Source: Kangiella sp. (GTDB taxonomy: Bacteria > Pseudomonadota > Gammaproteobacteria > Enterobacterales > Kangiellaceae). From it: a DNA stretch of 64,000 bases. A program made the translations under genes and the position numbers. The stretch spans positions 537,235-601,234 of the forward strand of contig JBLWYL010000001.1 in assembly GCA_048266925.1 (NCBI GenBank). Reading direction: 5' to 3'. Positions 38,626-49,375 of the stretch are shown piece after piece; the stretch's first letter is position 1, and each line of letters opens with the position of its first letter. The notes beneath the pieces are model-generated. The model did not search any database. It had not been told where the DNA came from and saw only the letters and a program-made list of their open reading frames with translations.

Positions 38626-39656
38626 TAATGATACCCCTCATTGGCTTTAACCTTACCGCGGAAGACCCAGTAAGCATAAGCAGTGTAGCCAATGATAATC
38701 GGTAGCAATGCCGCCGCGCCCACCAGCAGGAATTTCAAGCTATCATCCGGAGCGGCTGCTTGCCAGATGGTGACCGAAGGTGGCACCAGGTTTGGATAGA
38801 AGCTGATTAAAATACCAATGTAGCTAAGCACAAACAGACCAATGGCATAGAAGAAGGGGCTATTATCGCGACCTTTACGCAAGCCATTGAGTAGCTGGAA
38901 ACCGCAGAACAACACGGCTAATGGCACAATGATCAAATAGTAGAGGTTCGGTGCATCAAACCAGCGATGCAGGTATTGCTGTTCGATAAACACCATCCAC
39001 AGACTGATGATGCCAATAAAGAGCAATGTCAGCCAAGCGGCAATTTTGGCAAATTGAATGGACTGTTTTTGTAATTCGCCTGTGGTTTTCATATTGAGCC
39101 AGGTTGCACCTAAGAGTACGTAGCCCACCGCCAAAGCAATGCCGGTAGTGATACTGAAAGGCGTTAACCAATCCCACCAGCCGCCAGCATAGGCGCGATC
39201 AGCCACGGTAATACCCTGCACTAATGCGCCGAGCGCGATGCCCTGACATAAAGTCGCGACTAACGAGCCGAGGAAGAAGCCGCGATCCCACCAGTCTTGC
39301 GAATTTTTGGTGCGCCAATGAAATTCAAAAGCAACGCCACGGAAAATCAAACCAAGCAACATCAATATTATCGGCATGTATAAAGCCGGCATAATGACTG
39401 AATAAGCCAGTGGAAATACAGCAAAGAGCCCACCGCCACCGAGCACCAGCCAGGTTTCATTACCATCCCAGATGGGTGCCACTGAGTTCATGGCCGTTTC
39501 TTGATCGGTTTTGTTTTTAATGAAGGGAAATAGAATACCAATACCCAGATCGAATCCGTCGAGGATGATATAGGCGAGCACTGCAAAGGCAATCAGCCCA
39601 GCCCAGATCATAGCGTAATCTATGCCAGAAGAAGCAATCGTCATAGAATCAATCAT
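38625..39656 (-). CDS. cydB: Cytochrome bd ubiquinol oxidase subunit II (CioB type)
   Basis: LDGFDLGIG, APIWDGNETWLV. Confidence 0.96.
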   Translation of the reverse strand: MIDSMTIASSGIDYAMIWAGLIAFAVLAYIILDGFDLGIGILFPFIKNKTDQETAMNSVAPIWDGNETWLVLGGGGLFAVFPLAYSVIMPALYMPIILMLLGLIFRGVAFEFHWRTKNSQDWWDRGFFLGSLVATLCQGIALGALVQGITVADRAYAGGWWDWLTPFSITTGIALAVGYVLLGATWLNMKTTGELQKQSIQFAKIAAWLTLLFIGIISLWMVFIEQQYLHRWFDAPNLYYLIIVPLAVLFCGFQLLNGLRKGRDNSPFFYAIGLFVLSYIGILISFYPNLVPPSVTIWQAAAPDDSLKFLLVGAAALLPIIIGYTAYAYWVFRGKVKANEGYH

Positions 39657-41074
39657 TGGTCACCCTCCTTTATTGTGCCGTCTGACTTGCTGGCCACGCG
39701 ATTTGACAGGAACACGGTAGTTTCCGAATCGTCATCGACTTCGATGACTTGCGATGGTCGTTTACTCATCAAGCGCATGGTGTACCAGACGCCTGAGCCG
39801 AACACAATAAAGTAAACAATCATGAACGCCAGTAATGAGGTCGCGACAGCTGGCGCGTCTAGCGGCGAAGCCGAGTCAGCCGTTTTTAATAAACCGTAAA
39901 CCGTATAAGGTTGTCGCCCTACTTCGGTAACAAACCAGCCCGCCAGGGTTGCGATAATACCTGACGGAGTGAACACAATCGCTACCCGCAGCAGCATGGG
40001 AGAGTCATAGAGTTTCTTGCGAGCACGTAAATACAGACTCCACAAACCTATCGCAATCATACTCATACCTATCGCAAGCATGATGCGGAAACTCCAGAAC
40101 ACAATTGGCACATTGGGCCATTCATCTTTAGGAAATTGATCGAGGCCAACCAGCTCACCATCAGGATCATGAGTCAGAATAAAGCTGGCCGCTTTGGGGA
40201 TTTTGATGGCGTAGTCAACAGTCTCTGTTTCGCTATTCGGTAAACCAAATAAATACAGTGGCGCACCTTTTTGAGTTTGGTAATTGCCTTCCATTGCCGC
40301 GACTTTAGCAGGCTGATGCTCCAGCGTATTGAGTCCATGCAGATCACCAATCAGTAACTGTAAAGGTGCAACCAGGGCTGCCATCCACATTGCCATAGAG
40401 AACATCAAACGTGCCACTTCATTGCGCTCCCCCTTTTTGCGAGCCTTGAACAAATGCCAGGCACCGACACCACCGACCAAGAAAGCAGTGCTTAAGAAAG
40501 CCGCCGTTGTCATGTGCGCTAATCGGTAAGGAAAAGAAGGATTGAAAATCACCTCGAACCAATCGGCGACAATAAACTGCCCTACTTCATTTATGGCATA
40601 GCCAGTGGGCGTTTGCATCCAGCTGTTAACGCTCAGAATCCAGAAGGCCGACATCAAGGTACCGATTGAAACCATTAGCGTAGCGAAGAAATGTAAACCC
40701 TTGCCCACCTTGTTCATGCCAAACAGCATGACGCCCAAGAAACCGGCTTCAAGGAAAAAGGCTGACAGAACTTCATAGCCCATGAGCGGGCCAAGCACGG
40801 GCCCGGTTTTATCGGAAAAGATGCTCCAGTTAGTGCCGATCTGATAGCTCATCACCACGCCGGACACCACGCCCATACCAAAAATGATAGAGAAGATTTT
40901 GAGCCAGTATTTAAAGGTAGCGAGGTAAACCGATTTGCCAGTTTTCAGCCAGAGGCCTTCGAGAACTGCGAGATAAGCGGCTAACCCGATGGATAAGCCA
41001 GGAAAGATAATATGAAACGCGATGGTAAAAGCGAATTGAATTCTCGCCAGCAGCACAGCATCGAGCAGCTCCAT
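39653..41074 (-). CDS. cydA: Cytochrome bd ubiquinol oxidase subunit I (short Q-loop, CioA type)
   Basis: ARIQFAFTIAFHIIF, EAGFLG, HQPAKVAAME, GWFVTEVGRQPY. Confidence 0.96.
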   Translation of the reverse strand: MELLDAVLLARIQFAFTIAFHIIFPGLSIGLAAYLAVLEGLWLKTGKSVYLATFKYWLKIFSIIFGMGVVSGVVMSYQIGTNWSIFSDKTGPVLGPLMGYEVLSAFFLEAGFLGVMLFGMNKVGKGLHFFATLMVSIGTLMSAFWILSVNSWMQTPTGYAINEVGQFIVADWFEVIFNPSFPYRLAHMTTAAFLSTAFLVGGVGAWHLFKARKKGERNEVARLMFSMAMWMAALVAPLQLLIGDLHGLNTLEHQPAKVAAMEGNYQTQKGAPLYLFGLPNSETETVDYAIKIPKAASFILTHDPDGELVGLDQFPKDEWPNVPIVFWSFRIMLAIGMSMIAIGLWSLYLRARKKLYDSPMLLRVAIVFTPSGIIATLAGWFVTEVGRQPYTVYGLLKTADSASPLDAPAVATSLLAFMIVYFIVFGSGVWYTMRLMSKRPSQVIEVDDDSETTVFLSNRVASKSDGTIKEGDQ

Positions 41075-41102
41075 CCATAACCTCCTTTATTTCAAGAGAG
41101 AA

Positions 41103-41116
41103 TTGACCTAAGTCAA
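41103..41116. promoter_or_regulatory. FNR/Anr-like palindrome TTGAC-CTAA-GTCAA
   Basis: Perfect 5-4-5 palindrome close to TTGAT-N4-ATCAA, about 30 bp upstream of cydA. Confidence 0.55.
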
Positions 41117-41267
41117 GGCTAAAACCATCATACCGTGCAGGTCATTGTATACAAGGGGCTTTGCACGCTCTTTGCAGGATCTTTTGTATGGGCAAAATTA
41201 ATTTGGATTAGTTTTTGTAAGGATGAAAGAAAGGAACAGTTGATTGCATAGATTAATGGATCATTTT

Positions 41268-41401
41268 GATGGGTTACGCTCCGCTAACCCATCCTATAGG
41301 TACTACGCTGGGTCTGCCCCCCCCTCGGGTAAACCCATCCTATGATGAGCTCAACCGTTACCTTCGTTATAGGATGGGTTAGGCGCTAGCCGTAACCCAT
41401 C
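41268..41401. repeat. REP copies downstream of RAYT
   Basis: 41268-41297, partial 41331-41343, and oppositely oriented 41369-41401. Confidence 0.88.
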
Positions 41402-41403
41402 AA

Positions 41404-41946
41404 CTAGCCTTCACCATAACTCTTATCGCAGCCAAATTCAGGAGCCACCGCACCACCCCAATCAGCTGGAAACAAACCCTTTCTAACGTCACGGTGAAAG
41501 CTTGAATACGGCCAATCAATAACTCGTTTGACATGACCATGTTTAACTGGATTAAAGTAACAGTAGTCAATGTGTTTTCTATAATCTTCTTCATGAACAA
41601 TGAGATGTGCCCAAAAACGTCTTTGCCATATCCCTCTTTCTTTTTTGTTGGCTCTTGATGGTGTTATGAATTCGGTAGAGCTAATCCCCCTGGAGAAATA
41701 ACTTTTAATTAAACGAATAATGGTGGAGTAATTTTGGTTAATATCTGGGAGCGTCAGTACACAATGAAAATGTTCAGGAAGGACTGTTATGGCATCGATA
41801 TTAAATGGATATTGAGCTTTTACCTTATTAAAAGCTTCTCTTAACAAATCAATATTTTCCGTTAATAGCTTAGATTTACGATTAGCTAAATTAACCGTAA
41901 GAAAATAGGCACTGTTTGGATTGTAGGTCCTTCTGTAATTAGTCAT
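41404..41946 (-). mobile_element. REP-associated tyrosine transposase (RAYT/TnpA-REP)
   Basis: YFLTV, VLPEHFH (HUH), WQRRFWAH, YCYFNPVKHG, DWPYSS; REPs on both sides. Confidence 0.93.
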
Positions 41947-41970
41947 TCCTTTGACTCCAGCTTGTGGTTT

Positions 41971-42070
41971 GATGGGTTACGCTACGCTAACCCATCCTAT
42001 AAAAGTTTGGGGGGTCATTTTACAGGATGCACCCAAGGGGGCAGACTCGGTTAAGCTTCTGCCGTAACCC
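41971..42070. repeat. REP copies upstream of RAYT
   Basis: GATGGGTTACGCTACGCTAACCCATCCTAT at 41971-42000 plus a degenerate copy at about 42022-42070. Confidence 0.85.
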
Positions 42071-42081
42071 AGCACACACTA

Positions 42082-42495
42082 CTACGAATTCTGCTCTTTC
42101 TTAATATAACTGCCCATAAACCATTCGAAGAACACGTGGCTATTTAAATAACCTCGGAAGCCGATCAAATAGAGAATCACCAATAAGCTGTAAACCATGG
42201 CTAAGAAGCCGCCCAAGGTTAGAAAATCTTTGGCAATAATCAGCAGATTAAGCGCTTGTAATAGTGCTACCACATACAACATGGCGCGCATAAATTTCCA
42301 CCAAGAGCGCACCTTAAACACGATGATCAGATTACTGATTAGCATGCCGCCGAGCAAAGTCCAATCAGACAAGGCGGTGAGCATTTCGCTGCTAGATTGA
42401 ACATATAGACGGTACAATGACCATAGAGCTATCAATATGATCACTGTATTAATTAACACGACAATTTTTGTACTTTTAGGCATCGGTGTAGGCAT
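42082..42495 (-). CDS. Hypothetical 4-TM membrane protein
   Basis: 137-aa ORF with four hydrophobic segments, 3 nt after the TonB receptor stop. Confidence 0.7.
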   Translation of the reverse strand: MPTPMPKSTKIVVLINTVIILIALWSLYRLYVQSSSEMLTALSDWTLLGGMLISNLIIVFKVRSWWKFMRAMLYVVALLQALNLLIIAKDFLTLGGFLAMVYSLLVILYLIGFRGYLNSHVFFEWFMGSYIKKEQNS

Positions 42496-42498
42496 TGA

Positions 42499-44505
42499 TT
42501 ACCAACTCTTTGTTAATCTGACTCCAAAACTTCGGCCTTCAGCATAAGGAGCAACGTCATCGGATGATGAAAAATAGTCTTCATCAAAAGCGTTATCGAC
42601 AAACATTGACCAGTTGAAGTTATCACTCAACTCTTGCTTAAAGGCTATGTTGCTTATCCAGGCCGCAGGTGTGGCTTTTTCGCCAGCGCCGAAGTCATCT
42701 TTAGAAAGCCGGTATTGTAGCGAAAAGTCGAGCGACCAGCCATTAGCAAAATACTGGGCTCGACCTTGCAAACGGTTTGCCGGGATATCAGACAGAGTCT
42801 CTCCATCATCATCTTTGCCTTTAACAAACATACCACCTAAGCCCAATCGCCATTGCTCATTGACAACAAAATTAGTATCAAACTCAGCCCCATAAATAAC
42901 ACCATTGTTGAGATTGCGATAAGTTAACAGACCCGGTGATATTTCAATTCGTTCAATATAGTCGCTGACTTCTTGATGATAAACATTCAGACTGAACTGC
43001 TTATTTTGCGTGCCGTATCGTAATCCCAGATCAAAGCTTAGCGAGCGCTCTTTACTCAAGCCAGGGTTACCCATCACTTCACCTCGCCCGGTTGTTCCAG
43101 TGTAAAAGCGCTCGCTGACTGTGGCAAAGCGAACTCCAGTGCCAACATTAGCGGTTAGCATCGTATTGGAGCTGAGAGTCTTTGATAAACCTAGAAATCC
43201 GGTAATGGCATTATCAGAGATGGATGCGTTACCTCGATTGGATTGATGATTATTAATCAGGCGGGTTCCCATTTGCCATTTAGTATCAATCCAAAACCAA
43301 TTTAAAGTCGCAAAGGTAGCGAGCTCTCTTTCTGACGCGCCGTCTAGACTTTGACTATGTGTCACATTGTTATCTAAATAGGATAACTCCTGTTCTTTGG
43401 CATTAATATTAGCCCTTTGAAAACCATCAACACCCCATAAACCTTCTAGAGCCGAAGCAGATGTTTTCCAGTTTTTTTCAAAGTGAAACCCATAATCTTG
43501 TGATTCATTGGCCACATGATTTTCTCTTTGCTCGGGTCGGATGGTTAAGGTTTCAACTTCATTAGGATGGAAATAAAGACTGCCTCTCCAATCCATAGTT
43601 TGCGCACTCAGCTGATTTAACCAATGCTTTTCAGAAGGAACCGTTACCAAGCGATCCGGATACTGTGTGCTTGAACGACCAATGGCATCCCCATCACTCA
43701 TTAACAGCAGCCATTCGAAATCGACTCCATCCAATGTCCAATGCTTAATGAAAGTTCCGGAAAGTTGCTCGTAGCCATTGTTTAATTCATTACCATAAAC
43801 ATCATCACTGTTGCTTGAGTATTGTCTGGCTATGGCTATGGACCAGTCCATATCGCCGGTTCCATAAATCTGGCTATTTCGATTACCTTGGGTCTGGTAA
43901 TCAGTTGACAGGAATGAGCCATTGAAAAAAGCGGGAGATAATTTGACCACCCCACCTAAACTTCCGGATTGGTACAGAGTCGATGCTGGACCTCTGTAAA
44001 CTTCAGCATGATCTAATAATAGAGGATGCAAAAATGAGCTAGCCACTCCGGCTCTGCGTTCTGCTTTTAAAGGAATATCAGAAACATAAGTTAAGACTCT
44101 GTGACGGGACAGTCCACGAATTGAATACACCTGAAACAATCCGGCCTGACCGTTTTCTGCAACACCTGGAACTTCTACCAGCATGTCTAAAATATCAGAG
44201 GGGGTTATGGTTAACTGTGTTGGCGAAACTAAACTTGAAGTCGTATTCAGGTCAGTGAAATGCTTTGGTGAGGATGTTGCCAGGATTGTAATTTTGTTTG
44301 GAGTGTCGAGGCTATCCACCATTTCTTTATTACATAATTCATTAGCACTTTCATCATCCGTCTGAGCAGCGCTCTCACTACACACTTTTTTTTGTTCTAT
44401 TTTTTTTTCTGTAGGCAGCTCTGAAATTTGTTCTGCGCCTACAACGTTACTGTAGGAACTCATTAACAGTAAACTGAATATGAAGTATTTAGTCATTCTT
44501 TTCAC
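42499..44505 (-). CDS. TonB-dependent receptor
   Basis: Signal peptide, plug (DMLVEVPGV...YSIRG, AEVYRGPASTLY), C-terminal GRSFGVRLTKSW. Confidence 0.9.
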   Translation of the reverse strand: MKRMTKYFIFSLLLMSSYSNVVGAEQISELPTEKKIEQKKVCSESAAQTDDESANELCNKEMVDSLDTPNKITILATSSPKHFTDLNTTSSLVSPTQLTITPSDILDMLVEVPGVAENGQAGLFQVYSIRGLSRHRVLTYVSDIPLKAERRAGVASSFLHPLLLDHAEVYRGPASTLYQSGSLGGVVKLSPAFFNGSFLSTDYQTQGNRNSQIYGTGDMDWSIAIARQYSSNSDDVYGNELNNGYEQLSGTFIKHWTLDGVDFEWLLLMSDGDAIGRSSTQYPDRLVTVPSEKHWLNQLSAQTMDWRGSLYFHPNEVETLTIRPEQRENHVANESQDYGFHFEKNWKTSASALEGLWGVDGFQRANINAKEQELSYLDNNVTHSQSLDGASERELATFATLNWFWIDTKWQMGTRLINNHQSNRGNASISDNAITGFLGLSKTLSSNTMLTANVGTGVRFATVSERFYTGTTGRGEVMGNPGLSKERSLSFDLGLRYGTQNKQFSLNVYHQEVSDYIERIEISPGLLTYRNLNNGVIYGAEFDTNFVVNEQWRLGLGGMFVKGKDDDGETLSDIPANRLQGRAQYFANGWSLDFSLQYRLSKDDFGAGEKATPAAWISNIAFKQELSDNFNWSMFVDNAFDEDYFSSSDDVAPYAEGRSFGVRLTKSW

Positions 44506-44529
44506 ATTTTGAAAATCTAAATCATAATG

Positions 44530-44564
44530 AAAAAAGCACTGGCGGAAACCACCAGTGCTTTTTT
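44530..44564. terminator. Bidirectional intrinsic terminator
   Basis: A6-GCACTGG-CGGAAACCA-CCAGTGC-T6. Confidence 0.85.
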
Positions 44565-44581
44565 GTTTTTAGAAAATACTA

Positions 44582-47500
44582 TTAGGAAAGATATTTTCTA
44601 CGTCGTGCTAGACCAGCTAGTGCCAATAGCGCCAAGATAACAAATCCAGTGCTACCGCCACCGCCACGAGAAGGGTCTTTGTTGATAGTCAATGTTGCTT
44701 GACTCGCCCCCAAGTCGGCTTTACCGGCATTTGACAATTCGAACTCAAAGTTCAAGTCAGATTCCTGATCGGTATCAAGCGTTTCGATAGTGATAACCTT
44801 GTCTGCCGTCTCACCATGTGCCCAGGTTAAAGTGCCTGATGCTTCAGTAAAGTGAGTACCTGCAAGAGCTGTACCATCAACTGTTGTGTAATCAACAGTT
44901 ACCTGATGATCAGAACCATCAACGCGAGATACAGTAATCTGAATTGAACTACCATTTCTCACAGCACCGCTGTTACCACTGATGCCTAACTCACCAAAAA
45001 CAGGCTCTCTGACGGTCAAGCTAATATTCTTAGTGATGGTCCCATACGGAGTGTCATTACTAAAAATGGCTTGAGCTTCATAAGTACCAAGAGGTAAGTC
45101 TAGCGTCGAAACATTAAACTCCAGATCAGCAGTACTATTAGCATCAACCGTACCCGTTGTAGCAGATAGCGTTATCCAGGTTGGAGTAATATCACAGACA
45201 CCAGTTTCACCTGAAGTGATACCTACCACAGTTTGTCTGGCTTGGTTAACAGCCCATAAGTTGCCATCACAATCTATGGCAAGACCGGCTTGACCGCCAT
45301 CCATTAAATCCTCAAGAATATCATCTCCATCGGTATCAACAGATGGAATAACAATTTGACCAATCGGATCCAATTCAGGAGTCGAAGCATCTAAAACCAT
45401 AATATCTGGTTCAACACTTCCAGCCACATCGTTAGACATGACGAACAAATGATTGGTCGATGGATTTAATGCGAGACCCGAAACAGATAAGTCAACGTTG
45501 ATAGAGCGAAGAATATTACCTTCTGCATCAAACTGATGAATCACGCTGTCGTTCCAAGAACCGGCATAGAAGGTTCCTGAAATAGGATCGTAAGCTAAAC
45601 CACGTTGTGATGTGCCAAAGGTAGGGCAGATTTTATTGCCTGTTACCGTTTTAGCTACCGCATCAATTTCGTGGATACAGGTGTTATTAGTAACCGAAAC
45701 CTGCCACAAGCTCTGAGTACGTGCATTGTATGCAAGATCGGCCGCATAGCCTACGGTTACCGCGCTGGTATCAATAAACTCACCAGTCTTAGTGCCGTCA
45801 GTAGCATATTGATGCAATGCATCAAGCGCGGCTCCACCTGCAGTAACATCACCAACCCAAATGTCTGAAGTTGATTTATCGAATCCAATACCCCAGCCGA
45901 GCGTTAACTCTGTTGGGAATTGCGCAACAAAATCTACAGCGACTTCTGGAGCACTAGGTGCATATGAACGATAACGAATCTTCTTAGTATCGAACTCTTG
46001 TAACGCTTTAGGGCCAAAGCGACGAGTAGCCTGGTCAAAAATACCATAGGGCTTACTCACCTGCTCAACGTCACGAGTGAGGAACAATGAAAGCTCGTAG
46101 TTGGCATCTGCGTTACCACTATTTTCAAGAGAAACACTTGCTGTTTCCTCGACTTCAGCGGCAACCTCTAACACAACCTCACCAACTTCTAACAAGCCCG
46201 CATCAAGCATCACAGGCTGGCTTAAATCAAATTGAGAAAGATCAACGGTTTGAGTTTGGTAATTGTTTGCAGAAACTTCGACTTCAGTGACGCCATCAGA
46301 ACCGATGAACACTCTGAAGAAACCATCATCCAGGCTCGCATCATCCGGAGTTGCTACAGAGCTGGTTGAAGATGAAGAACCGCTAACACTTGCTCCATTA
46401 AGTGCCAGTTGAGTGTTATTATCAATAACATAGCCGCTTGCATAGTAACCGCCATCAGCGACACAGCTTGGAGTACCAAAAGCAACGTTATCAATATAAG
46501 CGTACCACTCGTAGTCAGCTTCATATGCAAATCGAATCTGGAAGCTGGTAGCGCCAGCGAGCTGTGTTGATAAATCTATAGAAAGATTATCTACAGTATT
46601 AGTCGCTACAAAGTCATACACTGATACCCATCCAGCATCGTCAACATTGATATCGACTGTATACACATCACTACCAGCGAAAGTTCTAAATAAGCTGGTG
46701 AACGTCAGTGTTGTAGACTCAATATCAGCGACATTAATCACTGGAGAAACGAGCACCGAGCTAACTAGGTTACCAGGGCCAGCTGCATCACTATCAATAG
46801 CTGCCGCTTCGCCGTTAACATTCAACAAGTTGCCTTTAGGAGCAGTCGAAGCTGCCTGCCATTCCATGCCTGAACTTGTGATGTCCTGAACGGTCCAGCC
46901 AGTTGGTGGCACACCTGCATCAAAACCTTCAAAGAAGGTGTTCCAGACATAACCTTGCGCAGTACAGTTAGAATCAATTTCTAATGCAAAGTCACGAACA
47001 GGAGTATTCTCTGGAAGTATGTCGTAGCTTACTGTTAGATAACCAGCATCTATCGCTGTTGCTCCAATTTTGACTAAGGTACCCTCATAGGCTTCTAGTG
47101 AATATTGCCCAGTTGAAGGATCTGTGAAAGTAGAAATCGTTGCACCTGGAGCAGTAATGGTTACTTCGGCATAAAGCGGAGTTCCCAGACCCGAACCATC
47201 GGTTACGGTGCCGCTAACAGTTACCTGATCAGCTTCATCAAGTGACACATCAACATCTTCCACTTCATCTTCAGCTAAATCGATACCATTAACGTTTCCA
47301 GCAAGATAACCATATTTTGTAAACTCAAGGTCATACAAACTATCAGCAGGCAAGGTTAACGAATAGTTACCACTAGCATCGGTGGTAGCAGTTGCGCCAC
47401 CGGCAGCAACTCTTACATCCTGGATTGGATTACCAGAATTATCAGTTACCGTCCCTTCGATGTATCCTTTAGGACCCGCTACACAGTTATCAAACTTAAA

Positions 47501-49177
47501 ACTACCAATATAGGTTGCCCAGCCCGTAGAGTTATCGTTAGCAGTTTTGTAATACTCGGTGGTATACCAGAAAGTACAATCATCTACAGGATCAACACTT
47601 AAACTACTGTAGTCACCCCAGCGGTTAGCTCCTGACTGAGAACCTTCGCCGGCTTTGAGCTCTTGCTCAGCGACCGTTAAAGTATCAGCCGGGTCAGCTT
47701 GATAACGACCGCTGAAACGAATTGAAGGGAACGTTGCTGGACCAGACACACTGTAAGCAACACCAATGTTACCAACCGCATCCATCGCAGCACTACCCAT
47801 CCAACGCGAATTACCATCGTCTAAATTAAAAGTACCCTGATTAGCGACTGAAGCATCACCGGTGGTACCATCAATATCAAATTCATACCAACGCACACCA
47901 GCAATATTCGAATCAGTTGCTGAGCCAACCACTGTATGGTTTGCGACTAACTTATGATCCGTGCCATTCAAAAAGCGATAAGCCAGGCGGAACATCATGC
48001 GTTCGCCAATAGCATCAAGTCGCTGAGCATTAGGCTGAACAATACAGTCACGCGAGAAGCCACAGACTCCACCATTGTAATCTGCAACAGCCAGCGTATT
48101 TTTCAGGTTGAAAGTGGAATTGGCAGGAGTGTCCCAATCAACATCAAATGTCCATACATCCATCGTGTTAAGAGAAGTACCCGACGTTACGAAATAACCT
48201 GGCATACCTTCTGGTGGCAAATAGCTGCCATCAATGTCAGCTGGCATTGGCGTGAAGGTATTAGGGTGAGAGGATTCAAGATCAATAATGACCTGCTGTG
48301 CAGGTTGACCAGCAAGCATCTTGTCACGTTCATAGGCGACCACGCCTGAGCCCGCAAAAGACAGTGAACTACCTGCAAACTGGTTAACACCCATATAATA
48401 GGCATCCGTCCAAACACCCAAGTGAGGGTAGTCATTAAACTTGGTGGTGCTATATGCAAAATCATACAGATAGTAAGCACCTGTCGGATCGTTTGTTTGA
48501 GAAATGGCAATACATTCTCTGTTATCAGTAAATCCATCAGTGAATGCAAATTGACTCAGCATCCATCTGTCGGCTGCACTATCATATAAAACAATAGGAT
48601 CACCACGGTTAGTTGATTCACACAAACCACCAAAACCTGACCACAATTGATTGATAGCAATTGGGCCTACTAATTGATTACCATCTTTGTCCCAAATAGC
48701 TAAAGCAGTATTAACCATTTGCACAACGTGGTTAGGACCCACATCAGCAACCGTATCTGGCGGAACCGCACCGGTAACGTTGCCCATGCCATCGAAACCA
48801 GTTTCGATTGAAGGAATTAATGGAGAAAAAGCGTCACGCTTTTGCTTGGTTTGAAGAACAGGATCACCTGCAAAGTCTACATTTTTTTGTAGTATTTCTT
48901 TTGCAAAAGGATGGTTCTGATTTGGGACCTCGCGGATTAAATCAACACCAGGAATCTTCTCACCTGACTGGCTGAGCTTATATTTACGAGCGTTGGTGAC
49001 TTCTGGCAAAGGTTTCGCCACAGTGCGCAAAGGCTCACTGAGTTTTGGTTTGGATAACACAACTTTGACTGAATCACGGTCTCCCGCTTCAGCAATGTTC
49101 ATTCCCCCAAAGATAGCAGTTGTACCTAACAAACCCGCTATGCATAACCTGACCAAAGTTTTATTGGTATTTGACAC
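44582..49177 (-). CDS. Large surface protein with carboxypeptidase-regulatory-like repeats, propeller-like region, Calx-beta domain and GlyGly-CTERM
   Basis: Likely GTG start at 49177 after AAGGAG; PPDTVADVGPNHVVQMVN N-domain, GYIEGTVTD and VTVSGTVTD repeats, TVDYTTVDGTALAG...SGTLTW (Calx-beta), terminal GGGGSTGFVILALLALAGLARRRK. Confidence 0.82.
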   Translation of the reverse strand: MSNTNKTLVRLCIAGLLGTTAIFGGMNIAEAGDRDSVKVVLSKPKLSEPLRTVAKPLPEVTNARKYKLSQSGEKIPGVDLIREVPNQNHPFAKEILQKNVDFAGDPVLQTKQKRDAFSPLIPSIETGFDGMGNVTGAVPPDTVADVGPNHVVQMVNTALAIWDKDGNQLVGPIAINQLWSGFGGLCESTNRGDPIVLYDSAADRWMLSQFAFTDGFTDNRECIAISQTNDPTGAYYLYDFAYSTTKFNDYPHLGVWTDAYYMGVNQFAGSSLSFAGSGVVAYERDKMLAGQPAQQVIIDLESSHPNTFTPMPADIDGSYLPPEGMPGYFVTSGTSLNTMDVWTFDVDWDTPANSTFNLKNTLAVADYNGGVCGFSRDCIVQPNAQRLDAIGERMMFRLAYRFLNGTDHKLVANHTVVGSATDSNIAGVRWYEFDIDGTTGDASVANQGTFNLDDGNSRWMGSAAMDAVGNIGVAYSVSGPATFPSIRFSGRYQADPADTLTVAEQELKAGEGSQSGANRWGDYSSLSVDPVDDCTFWYTTEYYKTANDNSTGWATYIGSFKFDNCVAGPKGYIEGTVTDNSGNPIQDVRVAAGGATATTDASGNYSLTLPADSLYDLEFTKYGYLAGNVNGIDLAEDEVEDVDVSLDEADQVTVSGTVTDGSGLGTPLYAEVTITAPGATISTFTDPSTGQYSLEAYEGTLVKIGATAIDAGYLTVSYDILPENTPVRDFALEIDSNCTAQGYVWNTFFEGFDAGVPPTGWTVQDITSSGMEWQAASTAPKGNLLNVNGEAAAIDSDAAGPGNLVSSVLVSPVINVADIESTTLTFTSLFRTFAGSDVYTVDINVDDAGWVSVYDFVATNTVDNLSIDLSTQLAGATSFQIRFAYEADYEWYAYIDNVAFGTPSCVADGGYYASGYVIDNNTQLALNGASVSGSSSSTSSVATPDDASLDDGFFRVFIGSDGVTEVEVSANNYQTQTVDLSQFDLSQPVMLDAGLLEVGEVVLEVAAEVEETASVSLENSGNADANYELSLFLTRDVEQVSKPYGIFDQATRRFGPKALQEFDTKKIRYRSYAPSAPEVAVDFVAQFPTELTLGWGIGFDKSTSDIWVGDVTAGGAALDALHQYATDGTKTGEFIDTSAVTVGYAADLAYNARTQSLWQVSVTNNTCIHEIDAVAKTVTGNKICPTFGTSQRGLAYDPISGTFYAGSWNDSVIHQFDAEGNILRSINVDLSVSGLALNPSTNHLFVMSNDVAGSVEPDIMVLDASTPELDPIGQIVIPSVDTDGDDILEDLMDGGQAGLAIDCDGNLWAVNQARQTVVGITSGETGVCDITPTWITLSATTGTVDANSTADLEFNVSTLDLPLGTYEAQAIFSNDTPYGTITKNISLTVREPVFGELGISGNSGAVRNGSSIQITVSRVDGSDHQVTVDYTTVDGTALAGTHFTEASGTLTWAHGETADKVITIETLDTDQESDLNFEFELSNAGKADLGASQATLTINKDPSRGGGGSTGFVILALLALAGLARRRKYLS

Positions 49178-49375
49178 AATAACTCCTTGAATAGATTTGA
49201 TTATTTGATGAGTATTAAGCCCCCCCTCCATCACTTTGTTTTTAGGTAGGTGATTTTCCTGAGCCACGATTTTATAACACAACCCTCTCAGATATACTGT
49301 AGAGACTTGTAGTTATTTGTAGCTATCTTGCTGCTAAGTTTATATATATTATTTATTCAAAAAGGAAAGCTAAAT

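Noticed and set aside
41404-41946. IS200/IS605 insertion sequence
   Set aside because: It has RAYT-specific motifs (WQRRFW, NPVKHG, DWPYSS), multiple REPs and no tnpB.
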